Below, piece by piece: positions 1 through 13,600 of a DNA stretch of 64,000 bases; the first letter of the stretch is position 1, and every line of letters starts with the position of its first letter. Made by a program: the position numbers and the translations under genes. Below the pieces are notes generated by a model, which did not search any database, had not been told where the DNA came from, and saw nothing but the letters and a program-made list of their open reading frames with translations. Source of the stretch: Rotaria socialis (lineage: Eukaryota); assembly GCA_905331295.1 (NCBI GenBank), contig CAJNYD010000459.1, positions 124,001 through 188,000 of the forward strand, written 5' to 3'.

Positions 1-189
1 CCACATACTATCCACGAGGATATTTTTATGTATGTCACATGTAATCAGCGTGCTATCGGATGGGTGATCCGAGACAAAGCAGCCGTTAGTAACTTATCCA
101 ATGTTATTCTATGGATGATGGCGCCGAGGTTTGAACACACTATCTTGTGGATATGTGCCGAACATCTTAACCATCCAGCCATAGCGGCT
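1..189 (-). mobile_element. tRNA-headed SINE-like element, 5' part (runs off the window start)
   Basis: Reverse complement aligns closely with 16035-16223; the head has a Pol III A-box-like (TGGCTGGATGGT) and B-box-like (GTTCAAACC) motif. Confidence 0.75.
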
Positions 190-1390
190 TAAGAAAATAA
201 GCAAATATATGGGGTGATAGAGATTTTTAAGACAGGGTCCGCGGAACCACTTAGCAACTTTACTAGGAGTCGGCCGCAGGTAAAATTTTGATTTTCGATT
301 TAACTATTTTAAATCGAAAGTCTAGTCAAACCATAAATGAATCCAAAATATTAGGTCTTTCTGATGTGCCGGAGAAAAATGTCAGCGCTAGCAAGTTATA
401 CACCACTTACATTTGGTAAAAAAAGTGAAGTTTTTAGGGTGTCAGCAGTATTTTATACTTTCCTCCGCGTTCGCTCATTCGTTTGACTTCGGGAATGTCT
501 CAAAAGATAGAGAAATGCTTTCTCTACAAAACGCAGTGGTTAATTTATTTATCCAACACCACATATCAGTAGATACTACCAATATACAGACAAAAATTTC
601 GATTGGTTAAAATGAGGATTTTTCAGTATTTTGACAATACCCACGCTGAATTATGTCATCCCAAATTAATTTGCATATTTTCTGAAAGCCCTTTGAATTG
701 TGCATCTCCTCTGGTATTGCTTTTTCAGATAAAAGTTGAGCGAAAATAGCTAATCTACACGACAAATGTTGACATTGGATAGTTTCTCTGTTCAATCGGA
801 TGCAAGATTAGCTGAGTATATTCTGTATGATTGCCCAAATGCAAAATTTGATTTCAGATTCGTGATTGGCATGAAAATTTGATCATAAAAATATCATTTG
901 CTTGAATACATAGTTATTTCAGATAAGAACACCTACAGCGTAGCAACAATTTGAAGCATTTTTTCGGAATACTTTCTGGTATGTCTCTCTAATCACTAAG
1001 TCAGAGATCTAAAAATAAGAATTTTGCTTTACTTAGAATCTCTGAACACTTAGCTCGAAAATCTGCTTTTTACTTTTCTCGGTTCATACTTTACCGTTGA
1101 GCAAATTGAACTTTTCTTGATGCTGTCGAAAATCGATATAAATATGTTAAAATTGCTATTATTTATGGATGTGGGTGTCAGAAGAAGTCTCCTAATCACA
1201 CCACACCCACACCCTGCGTAGATTAAGAAATCCAACGAGAAAATAAAACGTTAAATTCCATTATCTCCGTATTGTTATTCATATTTCGTATCTTTTGGAA
1301 TTTGCTCTTGGAAGTTTGTTTAAGATAACATATGCTAATAAAAACCTTCTCAAGAATTATTACCAGTCACTTTTATTTCAAGTTAATATT

Positions 1391-2853
1391 ATCTGGTTTT
1401 ATTCCCTCGACTGGAAGGAGGGTCATATGAAATAAAATGCGTTTGTTTGTTATCTTGCTTGCTTGGGGTTAAAAAAACATATATCAGAGATTTGCTTATT
1501 TTCAGAGTTTTCCCTGTTTTGACGGCATTTTGCCATAGGTTATCGAGGGCCCTGAATCCAAATCCGAAGCCCACTTCTTTGGCCGAGGTTTCATTGGTCG
1601 GGAAGTGACCAATCAGAAATGATTCTTCTCATTTAAGGCTTTTGGCCGTTTTCATCGAACTTTGCCATAGGTTATCGAGGGCCCTGAATCCGAAGCCCAC
1701 TTCTTTGGCTCAGGTTTCATTGGTCAGGAACTGACCAATCGAAAACGAACTTTGTTATTTTAAGGCTTTTCAAGGTTCTGATTGAACTTTGTTATTCCCT
1801 AGACTGAAGGGAGGGTCATAGGCACGCAAATGAGTGTGTCTGTCTGTCGATGTATCAATGGCAGGTTGAAGGTCAAGGAATAGATAAAAATGTTAATAGA
1901 ATTTCTCGGTAGCTGCATTCAGTCAATCAGATGTTTTTGGGGTATTGGCTCTCAACGAATAAAATTTTGCGATGGCTTTTCTAGGTAGGGGAACGTCTTT
2001 TCGGAGTAAAGGATGACATTCTATGAAGGTTGACGTTAGGGAATCGGCGTCAGGAAATCTGAATCTGAAGTGCTTTTTTTTTGTTTTGAATTTTGAGTGT
2101 TGATTGCTGGGGTGAAGTAAATTAGGGATGTAACAATCACAATGCTTCCAATGCCGACGAAGACGAATGACTCGGTTCAGTGTCGGTATTGTTTCATAAG
2201 TAATTGAACGGTTTCCTCAAGCAAGCGAGGGGTTTCCAGAACTTTCATTGAAATGAATCGTGCGTTAGAAATATAGATTTAGAGTTAGTAGATTTTAAAT
2301 TTCGGTGGGGATTTTATGAATGAAAGAGCTTTTATGGAAAATATTGACTTACGCTGGGCTGAAGGCAGAATGTTACTTGGAAAGCTGAATAAATTTGTAG
2401 AGGAATAGTACGCAGATATGTGCAGTTTCTGTTATTGAGAACTTACGTGACGAACAAGCGGTTCACTGAACACTTCAGACGCCATAGCGCTCTACACTAA
2501 AGCAGAGATGACTTTGGTGCATCGATTTATTTTGTTACAGTTCTGTCTACGATATGAGTGAATGGTAGTATCCTAGTGTTGTCAATGTTTCAATGAGTGC
2601 TTATCGTAGTGTCGTTGGCTATGGTGAACTTTATTGTAGAGGATCTCGCTGATTTGTAAATTTAAACCGCACGTCCCTATGAAAACGGTGATTTCGAAAA
2701 CATTGAAAAAAGTTATTTTATCTATTGATAGTATGAATAGAACCCTGCTACTTCCGGTTTTCAATTGAGGATAGTTTTCACTGGTGATCTAGTTTAAAAA
2801 GAGCAGCAGCTAGCCGTGAGTGGTCCCCCGAAGGGGTGCCAACGAACGACTAG
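1391..2853 (+). mobile_element. Putative non-autonomous Helitron/Helentron (HINE/DINE-like) remnant
   Basis: Motif TTATTCCCT.GACTG.AGG..GGGTCATA at ~1399 and ~1792, the second followed by a GTCT microsatellite; ~120-bp tandem duplication (1530-1650 vs 1661-1770); hairpin CCCC-GAA-GGGG followed by CTAG at 2850-2853. Boundaries are uncertain. Confidence 0.4.
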
Positions 2854-4013
2854 CTGCTGGCAAAGCAGGCTTATGATAGTTTTCGAGAATTATAGAGCAT
2901 TTTCACACTATTGTCTCGTTTATGTTTTGTTTCTTGATTCTTTCTGCAAATCGAATATACTGTCTTTTCGAACCCTGTGGATATTGCTGTACTTTTGTGA
3001 GTCATACAGATTTACTTCTGGCATTACTGATAGATAATCAGTTTAGTTGAATGACCAGTATGGCAATCAGTATCCAAGGATACGCATGACTTTCCACACG
3101 CCGGCACAGATTTTTATATTAATATTCGCTCTCAACACAACCCGATACATGCGTCAGTTGCTAACTTATGAATGGAGTGTGTAACACCAAAACTTTCGAA
3201 ACAGTCAAATATTCAGTCGAGGGTTAAGCGAGTCACGCAGACGAGCGTTACTTGTACTATATAAAACGAAATAAAGAATTCGAAAGATTAGGCACACATT
3301 TTTAAATACTTCACGAAAATTCATACTTGCTTGTTTGAAAGCAATTTAGAAATCGCCACCCCCTCTCGAAAATCCTGGATCCGCCGCTGGCAGTATGAGG
3401 CTGTGTGCCTACTACTTTGCTATACTAACACTAAAGAAAAGAGTTTCTTGTACTTCGCAATTTTTCTGTGGTGATAAAATAGAAAACTTTTACTTCTATT
3501 TCATATTTTTTTATATTGATATCATAACTAACAGTTAGTTGTATATATTACTTCATTATATTAAAAATATAGAGAATCCCATTTATAGATTTTTACTTTC
3601 ATATATTAACGATATCAAAAATATGAACTTTCACTTCTTATTCGCTCTATTGATAGTGTAGAAAATCTTAATTTTCATATATATATATATATATTTGCTA
3701 TATTGATAATAAGGACGGTATTAATGTTTACTTCTTATTTTTCAGCTTTAGCAATGTGAAAATGGCAACTTTTTATTCGCTATGATGGAAAAAAGAAGAA
3801 AGGATAAATGTCGAAGAAAATGATGAAAAATATCGAAAGGGAAAATAGCGACAGAAAAAATGTCGCAAGGAAAAATAGCGAAAGGAAAAGAAAGTCGCAA
3901 GAGGCCGCTATAATGGAATGAGTAAACATTTGTCTTTTGATTGGCTCCTATCATTTAACGTACTCATAATTCAATCGAAGACATAATAATTGGTTTTCAT
4001 TATTTTAGATAGA

Positions 4014-4171
4014 ATGACTACTCTACCTCATACAATTTCATTCGTTATGTCTCAAAAGAGGAAAAAATGCTGAATATCGACAATTTCATCTTTAAATTGA
4101 ATAAAACGACAAGTACAAAAAAGTATTATCGATGTGTAGATCCACATTGTACGGTGACAGTACATACAGAT
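4014..4171 (+). pseudogene. FLYWCH-type zinc-finger fragment, probably the N-terminus of a MULE transposase, truncated at the hAT TIR
   Basis: Translates, with one frameshift near 4060, as MTTLPHTISFVMSQK..MLNIDNFIFKLNKTTSTKKYYRCVDPHCTVTVHTD; preceded by ~15-bp GAAAAATA(G/T)CGA repeats at 3800-3900. Confidence 0.6.
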
Positions 4172-7100
4172 TAGGGGTGGCACTTTATCTTTACTTTACC
4201 GGGTAAAGTAGAATGTGTATACTTTACTTTACTCAGTAAAGTAAAGTAGTTGACTTTACTTTACCGGGTAAAGTAAAGTAGATCTACTTTACCCGAATAG
4301 TAAAGTAAAGTAAAGTAAAGTAAAGTAGTGAAAATTCCAAATTAATTTTTGATTTTTATCTCGCCGTTGGCGCATCGACAACTTCGCAAAAAATTAATCG
4401 ATACTTAAAATTTTGTCTTTATTGTTAATTTGAGAATAAAAATTGAACAATTTGTAAAATAGATAGTTTGCATATACACATAAACTCGAAGTTTATCTTG
4501 ATTCTATATGCTAGAGAGAATATGTTTTATCGGTATTTTTGAATAAGGCTGAATTGTGGTGGTGAAAAGTGAGTATTAATAAAACTTACTGTGCATTCTC
4601 GTTGTTCGCCAACGTAAGTATAAAATATTAAAAGTAATATCATAGGCATGAGATTTTCTATGATTTTTAAAAGAGAAGTATCTGAAAACCTCGATCAGTA
4701 CACTAAATAGCTATGCATCGAGAAGTTCTTGAATATCCTTGTGCATTTACTTTAACTGATGAATAGGCTTACTGATGTAATACCCTAAGACTGACAATAG
4801 TACTCATATACTCAAAATAATGATAAAGAACTGATTAACTGTAGAAATAAAGCATATGTTGTAGAGGAAATTAAAATCGTTCGTGAATTTTAATTTGCTC
4901 TTGGAGAATTAAAAATTTAAGTTGTTCTAGGGCAATTTAAGATTGACCTAGAGTTTTTATTTCCCCTTCAACATATACTACATATATTATAACGACATTC
5001 TAGTGTCACAAAGCAAAGGTATAAGTGATGATATGTTGAGAATAATTTTGAAAGCCATTCCTTGACTAAGATAATTTTTTCATACAAGCTTGAACCTATT
5101 TTATTTTGAGAAATCAATCATATAAAACCAGTAAAAAGGTCTTATTATTTTACATTTGATTCTTCTAATTCCTAATTTACACAATTTTCTAGAAAAATAC
5201 TGACAGACAAAAAAAAACAAAAAAGGTGAAAAGATAAATGTTTGCTTATTCACGTAAAACCATTGAATATCTCAAAGCTGTTGATGAAAGTGATGATCGG
5301 GCTTTGCGTTGCAAGTATCCTGCAATGCTAAATGCCGACTCACTGGGAACACTTGTTGCAGGTATACAATTGTATTTTTTAACAAACTGTGACAGTTGAG
5401 GAAGAAGCATTTCGTGCTGACACCAGTATTCACTGAATTTAGAACTTGAACCGGCCGTAGACATATAATGACACAGCTCTTCTTTAAATGATAACTGCTT
5501 TTTGATGGAATTTGTTGTTACGTTGGATGCTGAAGGCCTTTTTCACATGCGAAAAAATTCATCCAAAGTTAATTTTTCTTGAGGTGTTGTACTATTTTGA
5601 GTACGTTGGTGCCCTAATGGTGTTGATGTTGACATTGACATCGTCGTTGTTACTGAAGTATCAATTTGTAATCGATCAAATGATTGGGTAACATCAAATT
5701 CTGATAAAAGTGTTCTTTCAGATTCACCAATATCTTCATCAGTTAAATATTGATAAGATGTTGGATCTAAGAAAGCTGCAATCTAACAAAATAAATAAAA
5801 TAAATAAATATTGAATTTCTTTGCATAAAGAAATTGTCAAACTTATGGAGCTATCTAATATACATATTCGAAGATCTGATGTGCAATAAAATATTGCTCT
5901 TATGTTTAGTCTATTTTTTAGAAAAAAATACAAATAAAATATGATAGATCACATGAATCGTATTTCTTTTTTCAAGAAACATGGTTCGTAAAACAAGTTC
6001 TAAATTACTCGTTTTTCTGATGATTTTTTTGCAAAATATTATTTAAGAAGATTATCGAACTATATAGAGTAGGAATAAGCACCTTTGCTAGATATAATGA
6101 CTAACATTATAATAGAAGCGTCACAAGCTGTGGCGAATTTTATGCATGTTTGCCCACAGACTACATTTATTGCGCCTCTATATAATACACTAACTATGTG
6201 CCTTTTAACATTTCAGAAAGACTAAGTAAGAATGTGCTGTAGAAATGTGTTAAACAATTCAGAAGAAAACAATCGCCAGAGGATTCGTAAAATCAGCTAT
6301 ACTGAGTTTTACATTTTAAGTAAGCGCGAGGACTTTACTAAGAGATTTTCTCGAATACAAAAAATTTTTTCGAGTTAACAATAAAGTATACAATTATATT
6401 AACTTATATTATCCTAGCTCAAAAAGTGCTTTTTTCTAAAAATTATTGATGTCTTTCAAAAAATCGATAACTTTAATAAATGTAAATCAGTTATACATAC
6501 TAAAGTTGCACGTTTTTGGTCCCAACTAATTTCTTGCTCAAAATAGTAGCTAAATTTAGCTAGTAACAACTGTTTCAACGAATTTTCTAATGGTTGATCA
6601 TCTTTGCTTTTTGTTAAAAAATTTTTCAATCCTGTTGAAACTGAATAAGCAATAGACAGGGTTGGATATTTTGATCCTGAAAGCAGTGTTGTTGCACGAT
6701 AAAATGGAAATAAAACATTTTTTAATGCTGCCAATATGGACCAATCAAATCGAGAAAATGATAACTGTTGAAGTTTTTCATATTGCTTTTTTTTCAAGCC
6801 AATTTCAATACTAGGTAATACTGTGATATCAGTAATAATAGAACTTAATGCAATGAACCGTGATATCATGGTATAAGTTGTATTCCATCGAATACGGAAG
6901 TGCAAAACAGCATTGTTTAGTTTAACTGGTTTAAGGTTTTGTTCATGTGCAGATCGAACGATTTCTATATTCTTTAATCGTATTTGATTTCGAATATAAC
7001 GATAAAGTACACTTGATTTTCGAATAAATCTAACTAATCTTCTAACACGTTGTAATAAATTGTAAACGATTAACGATAAATCACTGGGGTTAGCAGTAAT

Positions 7101-7650
7101 ACCAATAGTTGTTTGTTCATCATTTTGGCGTTGTTTGCTACCATTTAGTGGTGATAAATCTTCATCGTCGTCTTCAAATTCATCATTATCACTAATATCC
7201 GATGCATTTTCATCAGATAATATATCGGAAGTACTATCATCCTTTGAAAAATCATGTTGATCAGAAATATCACTATCATAATCATCGTCACTAACATCTT
7301 CATGTACTTCTTCATTATCATCAACACTTATTGCTTCATCATCATCATCATCGTCACTATCAGTTTGTTTTGAATCAGTTGTATTTGATGAAGATTTAAA
7401 TCTGTGAAAAAGAAAAAAGTTTGAATACATTTAGATTTTACGATTTACTATCAATATTTTTGTTAGATTTTTTTATCCATGAGAGATAAATCTAGTATGA
7501 GGAAGCTGTAATACAAACTACGACCATTCAAACGTCTAGGCACATTCGCAAAAAATAGGACGTATTACTTAATTGCTATTAATAGAATGATCGATAGAGA
7601 TTTTTACTAGAAAAGCAGCACATATGACAAACAAAAGTTGTTTGAGACAC

Positions 7651-7945
7651 TGTAACGATTAAATGCAGAGAGCGTCCAAATTCCATCCGGGGGTGTAATG
7701 CTCTCGTTCGAGTGTAACCTATACATAAGATTTGGTCTTATGGTGCCATTTATTCTCATCACACCTATTGCCTCTATCTTTCTGTCCTTTACATTTGTCT
7801 TTATCTATCCTTCTTCTTCGTTCTCTCAAATGGTTGAGTATTTAAGCGTGTGCTTTATATGTAATCGATGCGATTTATGATTTGAAGAGTTAAGTAAAGT
7901 GTAATACCATCAACACAGGCATCTCTTCTATCTAAAATCGTCACA
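7651..7945. mobile_element. Solo LTR-like insertion (295 bp) in hAT intron 2
   Basis: TGTAACGATT...AATCGTCACA termini (9/10 inverted match); flanked by 5-bp direct repeat GACAC (7646-7650, 7946-7950). Confidence 0.75.
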
Positions 7946-10422
7946 GACACTATCTAAAAATCCTTGGCGAAAAGTAAAGACTCATGATGAAATTCGAGAA
8001 GAATTTTCGCAGATAGTGGAGCACAGATTTGCAATATATCTGACTGATTTAATTACACACATTTTATGGAAGTTAACTTATTTTTTCTCTAGGTAAATAA
8101 TCAAAGGTTAAACATTTTTATTTCAATTAAATCGATGAAATATATATGACAGTTATTATTATGTCCGCCTATTAAATACCAGATAAATATGAAAAAAAAT
8201 ACAATATCCTACACTCCAGAGCTTCTTAGAACAGCACAAAAATTACTCTTTGATAAATGTTTTGTAAATACCACTCTCAACCTTTTATTTCACCTACTTT
8301 TCTTTCATCCTCATCTGTTACAACATTGAAAGCTCAATTTGACAAAAGAAATTCATGGATTCTTTCGCTTGTGAGTAGTCTGATATTAAATGCACGTGAA
8401 GGGCTGCAATAGAATAATCGTAATATTTTATATTATTTCTCTTCAAGCTTTAAATATATTTCAGCTTTATTTGCTGGAACTTTACTTTATTTATTTATGT
8501 AACCTTAATATAAAACTGAACTGCTAGCTTACTTTTTTGATTTTGTTTTATTAAATAACCATAAGGCATTTTTCACAACCAAATTCAGATTGTGTGCTGC
8601 ACACGATAATCGCATACCAAATGTAGTACCTAATGTAGCGGACTTAATATCAGAACCACCGTCAGTTGTTATTGAAGACACTTTCAATTTTAAATTCATT
8701 TTTCGAAGTTCATTATCAATAAATGATCTAAATTTTTGACCAGTGTGTTTATCATCAAATCGTCGAAATGATAAAATGAAGGATTCATTAACATATGATG
8801 ATGTTAGGATGTGGCAAGTCAAGCAAATGAAAAATTCATTATTTGGACTTTTCCATACATCGGTTGTTAAGCTAATGTGTAATACAGATGACAGTTGTTT
8901 TTTGATAAATGCTCGACGTTGTTGATATAAAATTCCTAGACGTTTTCGAACTGTTTTTCTATTAGGACCTTGATAACCATATTTGATGACCGATAAAAAT
9001 TTTTTCATTCCTGATTTTTGAAAATGATTGAATGGAAGACTATCTTGAACAATAGCTTCAATAGCAGCTTCATCAAGTTTTTTCTTTTCATCAATAGATA
9101 TTAATTTCGATTTTGGCTGTATTTGGTTTTTTTGAGATGGATAAAGAAATTCGATCATTTGATGCATCTTACCCAAATGACTTCGCAAATTAGTATCCGA
9201 AGTTTCATTCATTTTACTAAAAACCTAGGAATCAAATCATACTATTAATATTCAAACATAAAAAAAGGTTTTTCTAAAACGTATTATGAATTATCTGGTA
9301 ATATCTTTTTTTCAACACAATATTTTAAAATATTTAATGAATTAGACGTCTCAGAATGACTATGATTTTATCTACAAAAGGAACGACAACGACGAATTAT
9401 AATAATCTCTATTGCAGCAAAATTCCATTCAAAGTGAGATTTATAGAACCCTATTGAAAAAGTACCACAAGACAATTTTCATAGTCATTACTAGAATTTT
9501 AATCTTCCTTATAAAGATATTATAATTTTGTATGAGTTTCTATTCGTATTAATTTACTAGCTTTAGACTTCTTACAAATAGAAACCGACAGAACATAAAG
9601 TACTATCTTTTCAATGATGTTTTTTCATAGCTTACAGAAAAGTATATTTTGGTAAAGAAATTTTCCGCATTGGTCTACAATTATTATATGATTGGTTATA
9701 GATTAAAATAAATTTAGAGAAGTAGTTGAATCTATTTATGACGTAAAAAATATTTATATTCTAAAAAAGTTACATCTGCGACATGGACGTGAGATGATGG
9801 AGAAGTTTCGAAACGAATATTTTTTATTCTATGCTCTAAAACAAGAACTAATGATGTTTTAATAATTGATACAAACACATAGGCTTTATGAATGTTAAGC
9901 ATAAGTGCATACATATGAGAAACTTCGTAGATTCTAACCTTTTTGTCATCAATATGGTATTATGCTTTTTTTCTTCAGAAAAAAAGTTGAAAAATATGCG
10001 AAATAAGAAGTTCATTATCATGCGCTTTTCAACATGATAAGAAACAGTTATTTGACTTTAGACATATTCTAAAAAAATAAAAGTGCATTAAACACAACAC
10101 GTTGACTTATTTTTTGAAGAATCTTCACCTTAAGGTAAGTTAACAGCCCGAATTCTAAATTCGATGGAACTATCTTCATGATTGTTAGGTAAAGCCAAAT
10201 TTTTGATAGTTATGTATGTGTAATGAAATCGATGTAGAAGAAGACCATTCAATAGATAGCAAAAATACTACATCAAATGAAATGTTTTTACTGCCGAAAA
10301 ACTCTTTTCTATTGACTATGATAAATTTTTATTCACAGTAATCTATGATGGTTTTATTGCTTCTCCTGTTTGTGTCATTTTTTGAGATTTTCTCATTATT
10401 TGCATGATTGAATATTATGGAG

Positions 10423-10647
10423 TGTTACGACCGAAGTGTTCCCCTTCGATCGTAAGACGGAACAAACGAATAATGCACACTCCTTTCTAGTACAGTGGTT
10501 AATACGTCTGCCCGGAAAGCAGGAGGTGCATGGTTCGATTCCATGCGAAGGGGGATTATCCTTTTGTTCCGTTCTGTTGTCATACCATCACGTTGCTGTC
10601 TCGCTGATAACTGAGTATAATAATGTGAGCGAGAAGAAGACATAACA
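10423..10647 (+). mobile_element. Solo LTR-like insertion (225 bp) containing a tRNA-like sequence, in hAT intron 1
   Basis: TGTTA...TAACA termini; 5-bp TSD TGGAG (10418-10422, 10648-10652); internal cloverleaf. Confidence 0.8.
10481..10554 (+). tRNA. tRNA-like sequence (pseudo-tRNA; nominal anticodon GGA, C at position 33)
   Basis: Acceptor TCCTTTC/GAAGGGG, D arm GTA-CAGTGGTTAA-TAC, anticodon arm TCTGC-CCGGAAA-GCAGG, T arm CATGG-TTCGATT-CCATG; short variable loop, which does not fit a real Ser tRNA. Confidence 0.6.
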
Positions 10648-13600
10648 TGGAGTACAGTTCTCCGTTAAATGATGTGTTGAGGCTATCAAATAGGTCGAAT
10701 CTAAAATAGTTGAATGTTTCTTGCTATGTCTATGAGAAAATTGACTCTTCTTAAGCTGAAATTCACTGATATTTTTAATTCTTGTATATCGCTCCTACAT
10801 TTACATTCCAGAGTAAGTTGATCTATCGTATCGAGCATGATCTGTCCTTTCAGAAGGTGCCTTACGTCATATTATCGCTACTTCTCACATTCACTTACTA
10901 CCCATACAGTTGGTGTAGGTATACTCACCGTGAAAAAATTGTTAGCTCTTGTTTAAACAGAATAAGAAAAATAGGGTTCTGAAAGTTTTCTTCATCAATT
11001 TGAGTTACTTCTAGACCTAATTATCTAGTCTGTATTCTTTACTTTACAATCTTTCTCAAACGATGTTTCTTTCTTATTTGAAGTATTCACTAGGACGTTT
11101 GTTCCTTCTTATACTAATTTATTTTCATAAACAGTTATATTGTTAAAAAATTAATTAAAATGCAAAAATAAAATTAGTTACAAGGCGAACAGCTTACTTT
11201 ATTTGAATTTTTACACAAAATACATTTAAAAGAACCATCTGGTTGTCTTGTAAAATAATTAAAAATATCACATTTTGTTGCTGTTGTTGTTCGCTTTACT
11301 TCATGTGTTTCATCAACAGTTTCAATACTACAGTTTAACAATTGATCTGTTTCATTTTGATTTACTGGATGATTATTTACGATTGGATCTGAAATTATTT
11401 CAACGTCATCAAATGATACTGTTGTTCTTTCTGTGGTATCTTGATCCATAGAATCACTTGGTTCATCCGATCGATTCGTGTCATTGTTTCGAGATAAAGT
11501 CGATTTTTTCTTTGCTTTTGAGGAATTTGATGGAGTTTTGGCAGAATTACTTCTTCTTAAAATGGGTTTTACAATTTTTCTATTCAGAGTAGGACTTGTT
11601 GTTGTTGATTTTGAACTAGCATTAACATGATGAAGATTCTTATTTGTATTTGACACTGGAGTTTGAATTGTTATTGTTGATGAAGTGCTGGATCTTAAAT
11701 CACGCTGTGGAATGAAGTTTGTTGTTGATTGTGTGTTCGAATCCATTTTTCATATTATCATATTGCATTCATTTATATCGAAATAAACAGTATTGTTCTC
11801 GTGTTGTTCAACGCATAATAAGAAAAAAAATTCACAACGTAAACACCACAACGATTTTCTCACGCTTATTACTCGACCGTTAGATACACGACAGCTATAC
11901 GAAGAGGGCGAACAACAATATGAATGCGTGCTTCAAGCACGTAATTTATTTTCACCCTGATTTTTTTCATTATCCGTGTGAGGAAAATAGTGCCTTGAAT
12001 TGAATAATGTTCAACGATTTTAATTTAACATTTGTGTGTATGATTTAGGGAGATTTGTTTAAGTTTTCCTTACTTACTTTCTTACAAGATGTGCTTAGAC
12101 TTATATGACTAAGAGTTGAACAGAAAAACTTTTTATCAATAGCAAGATAGCAGCTTTTTTTATTAAATAGAGTAAAATGATTGCATGAATTATATTAAAT
12201 TAAAAACAAAAAAATAACTGATTATTCAATGTAATCTTTGTCATATCAACTCAAGTGATTCTAAGGACATGAAAAACACTCATATCGCTCCTTTTCTTAA
12301 GTACTTCTAGAGATATGTCAACGAAGAAAGTGTGATGAGTGTCATGAAAAAGTGAGTTCTGGAAAATTGCACATCAAAATTTTTGAAAGACGGGTACTCA
12401 TACTGAACTTGTTTTTAGTTTTAACATATTTTTTTAAATAAAATACGATTTGAACCGAAAAAATGTTTTGTAAAACTTTGACAGACTAGCACTTACATAC
12501 GACACACAATCATTATGTCATTGAATATTTAAAACAATACACAAAATATATTAGTGAATCAAAAGATTCCAACTGGAATCATGTGTGAAGTCGATAACAA
12601 CGAAGAAGTAAGACTGAGAAATAAAATCGTAAAAAATATCTATTGCGTTCTAAAAGAGTCCTAAAATTTTATCATAATCAATTCAGCTTATTTACTCGAA
12701 ACATGTTAAAAAGATTCATATCCAAGAGATAATAAAATTCGATGTCTTGCATGAAATAACTTATTTTTACTTCAGAAAAAAATATCAAAAATGAAAAGGC
12801 ATAATTTAAGTATCAATACTAATATTGTAGCTGATTATAAATTAGAGGTTGATCAAATAATTTTCAAAATTTTCTACTTTGTCATGTACGTGTTGATGAA
12901 GCTGAATCTGTTTCGCTTTATTGTGACTTGTATTGGTAATGGTAAAGTAAAATGAAATATCATTTCTTCTTTCGTTTATCCTCTTTTACTTAATATTTCA
13001 ATGTTTTTGACAAAGAAGCTCGAAATTTTCTTTTCTGAACATGTAAACATTTATTCAGCTACTTCTGTTTGAGCAATCATTTAAGTGCAGATTAATTGTG
13101 AATATTCGTATTCTGTGAAAAGCAGTTTGATGATGAAATATCAATATATATGCACAATTTTATTGTATTCAGTTTTATATATGTTCTATACTCCGCCATT
13201 AGTTAAAAAAATATTTTGAATGATTATTCATATCGCTAAACATTATCTATTGTTGATAGTAAGCTAAGAAATTAATCATAAGCTTCCCCTGAATATATGA
13301 CTCTACTTTACTTTACTTTACTTTACTTTACTATTCGAGTAAAGAAGATGTACTTTACTTTACTTTTTCAAAGTAAAATAAAGATAAAGTGCCACCCCTA
13401 TTAGCGACTAAGATCCCATATTAAGCTCTGGAAGAAAATACCATCATACTGTTCAATACATAACGATAATTCTTCCATTGACTTATTCCATATACGACTG
13501 CGAAACCGATATTGTATATGATAATCATGTTCCGTCGATACTAATTTTCGTCTTTCAATGTTGTTAATGCTGTTAGAGCGATCAACTTTAAAGTGATCAA

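Larger units (their letters stand above)
5246..11746 (-). pseudogene. hAT (BED-finger) transposase; 4 exons 11746-11198, 9224-8533, 7401-6501, 5782-5246; in-frame TGA at 5545-5543
   Basis: GT-AG introns join in frame; BED finger (FNYF..CILC..NLRSHLGKMH), SLTTDVW, ITTDGGSD, CAAH, RWNT, AAFLDP and C-terminal PATSVPSESAFS motifs; last exon reads DEFFRM*KRPS. Confidence 0.9.
4172..13400 (-). mobile_element. hAT-family DNA transposon, 9.2 kb
   Basis: Perfect 22-bp TIRs TAGGGGTGGCACTTTATCTTTA at both ends, subterminal (GTAAA)n arrays, internal spliced transposase gene. Confidence 0.92.

Noticed and set aside
3354..3389. Isolated transposon-like terminus (reverse complement CAGCGGCGGATCCAGGATTTTCG)
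   Set aside because: No matching second end found in the window, so no element could be delimited
5543..5545. Selenocysteine or programmed read-through at the transposase TGA
   Set aside because: No SECIS-like stem recognised downstream and no precedent I know of; nonsense mutation is simpler
10481..10554. Functional tRNA-Ser(GGA)
   Set aside because: C33, short variable arm, irregular T-stem/acceptor junction and location inside an LTR-like insert
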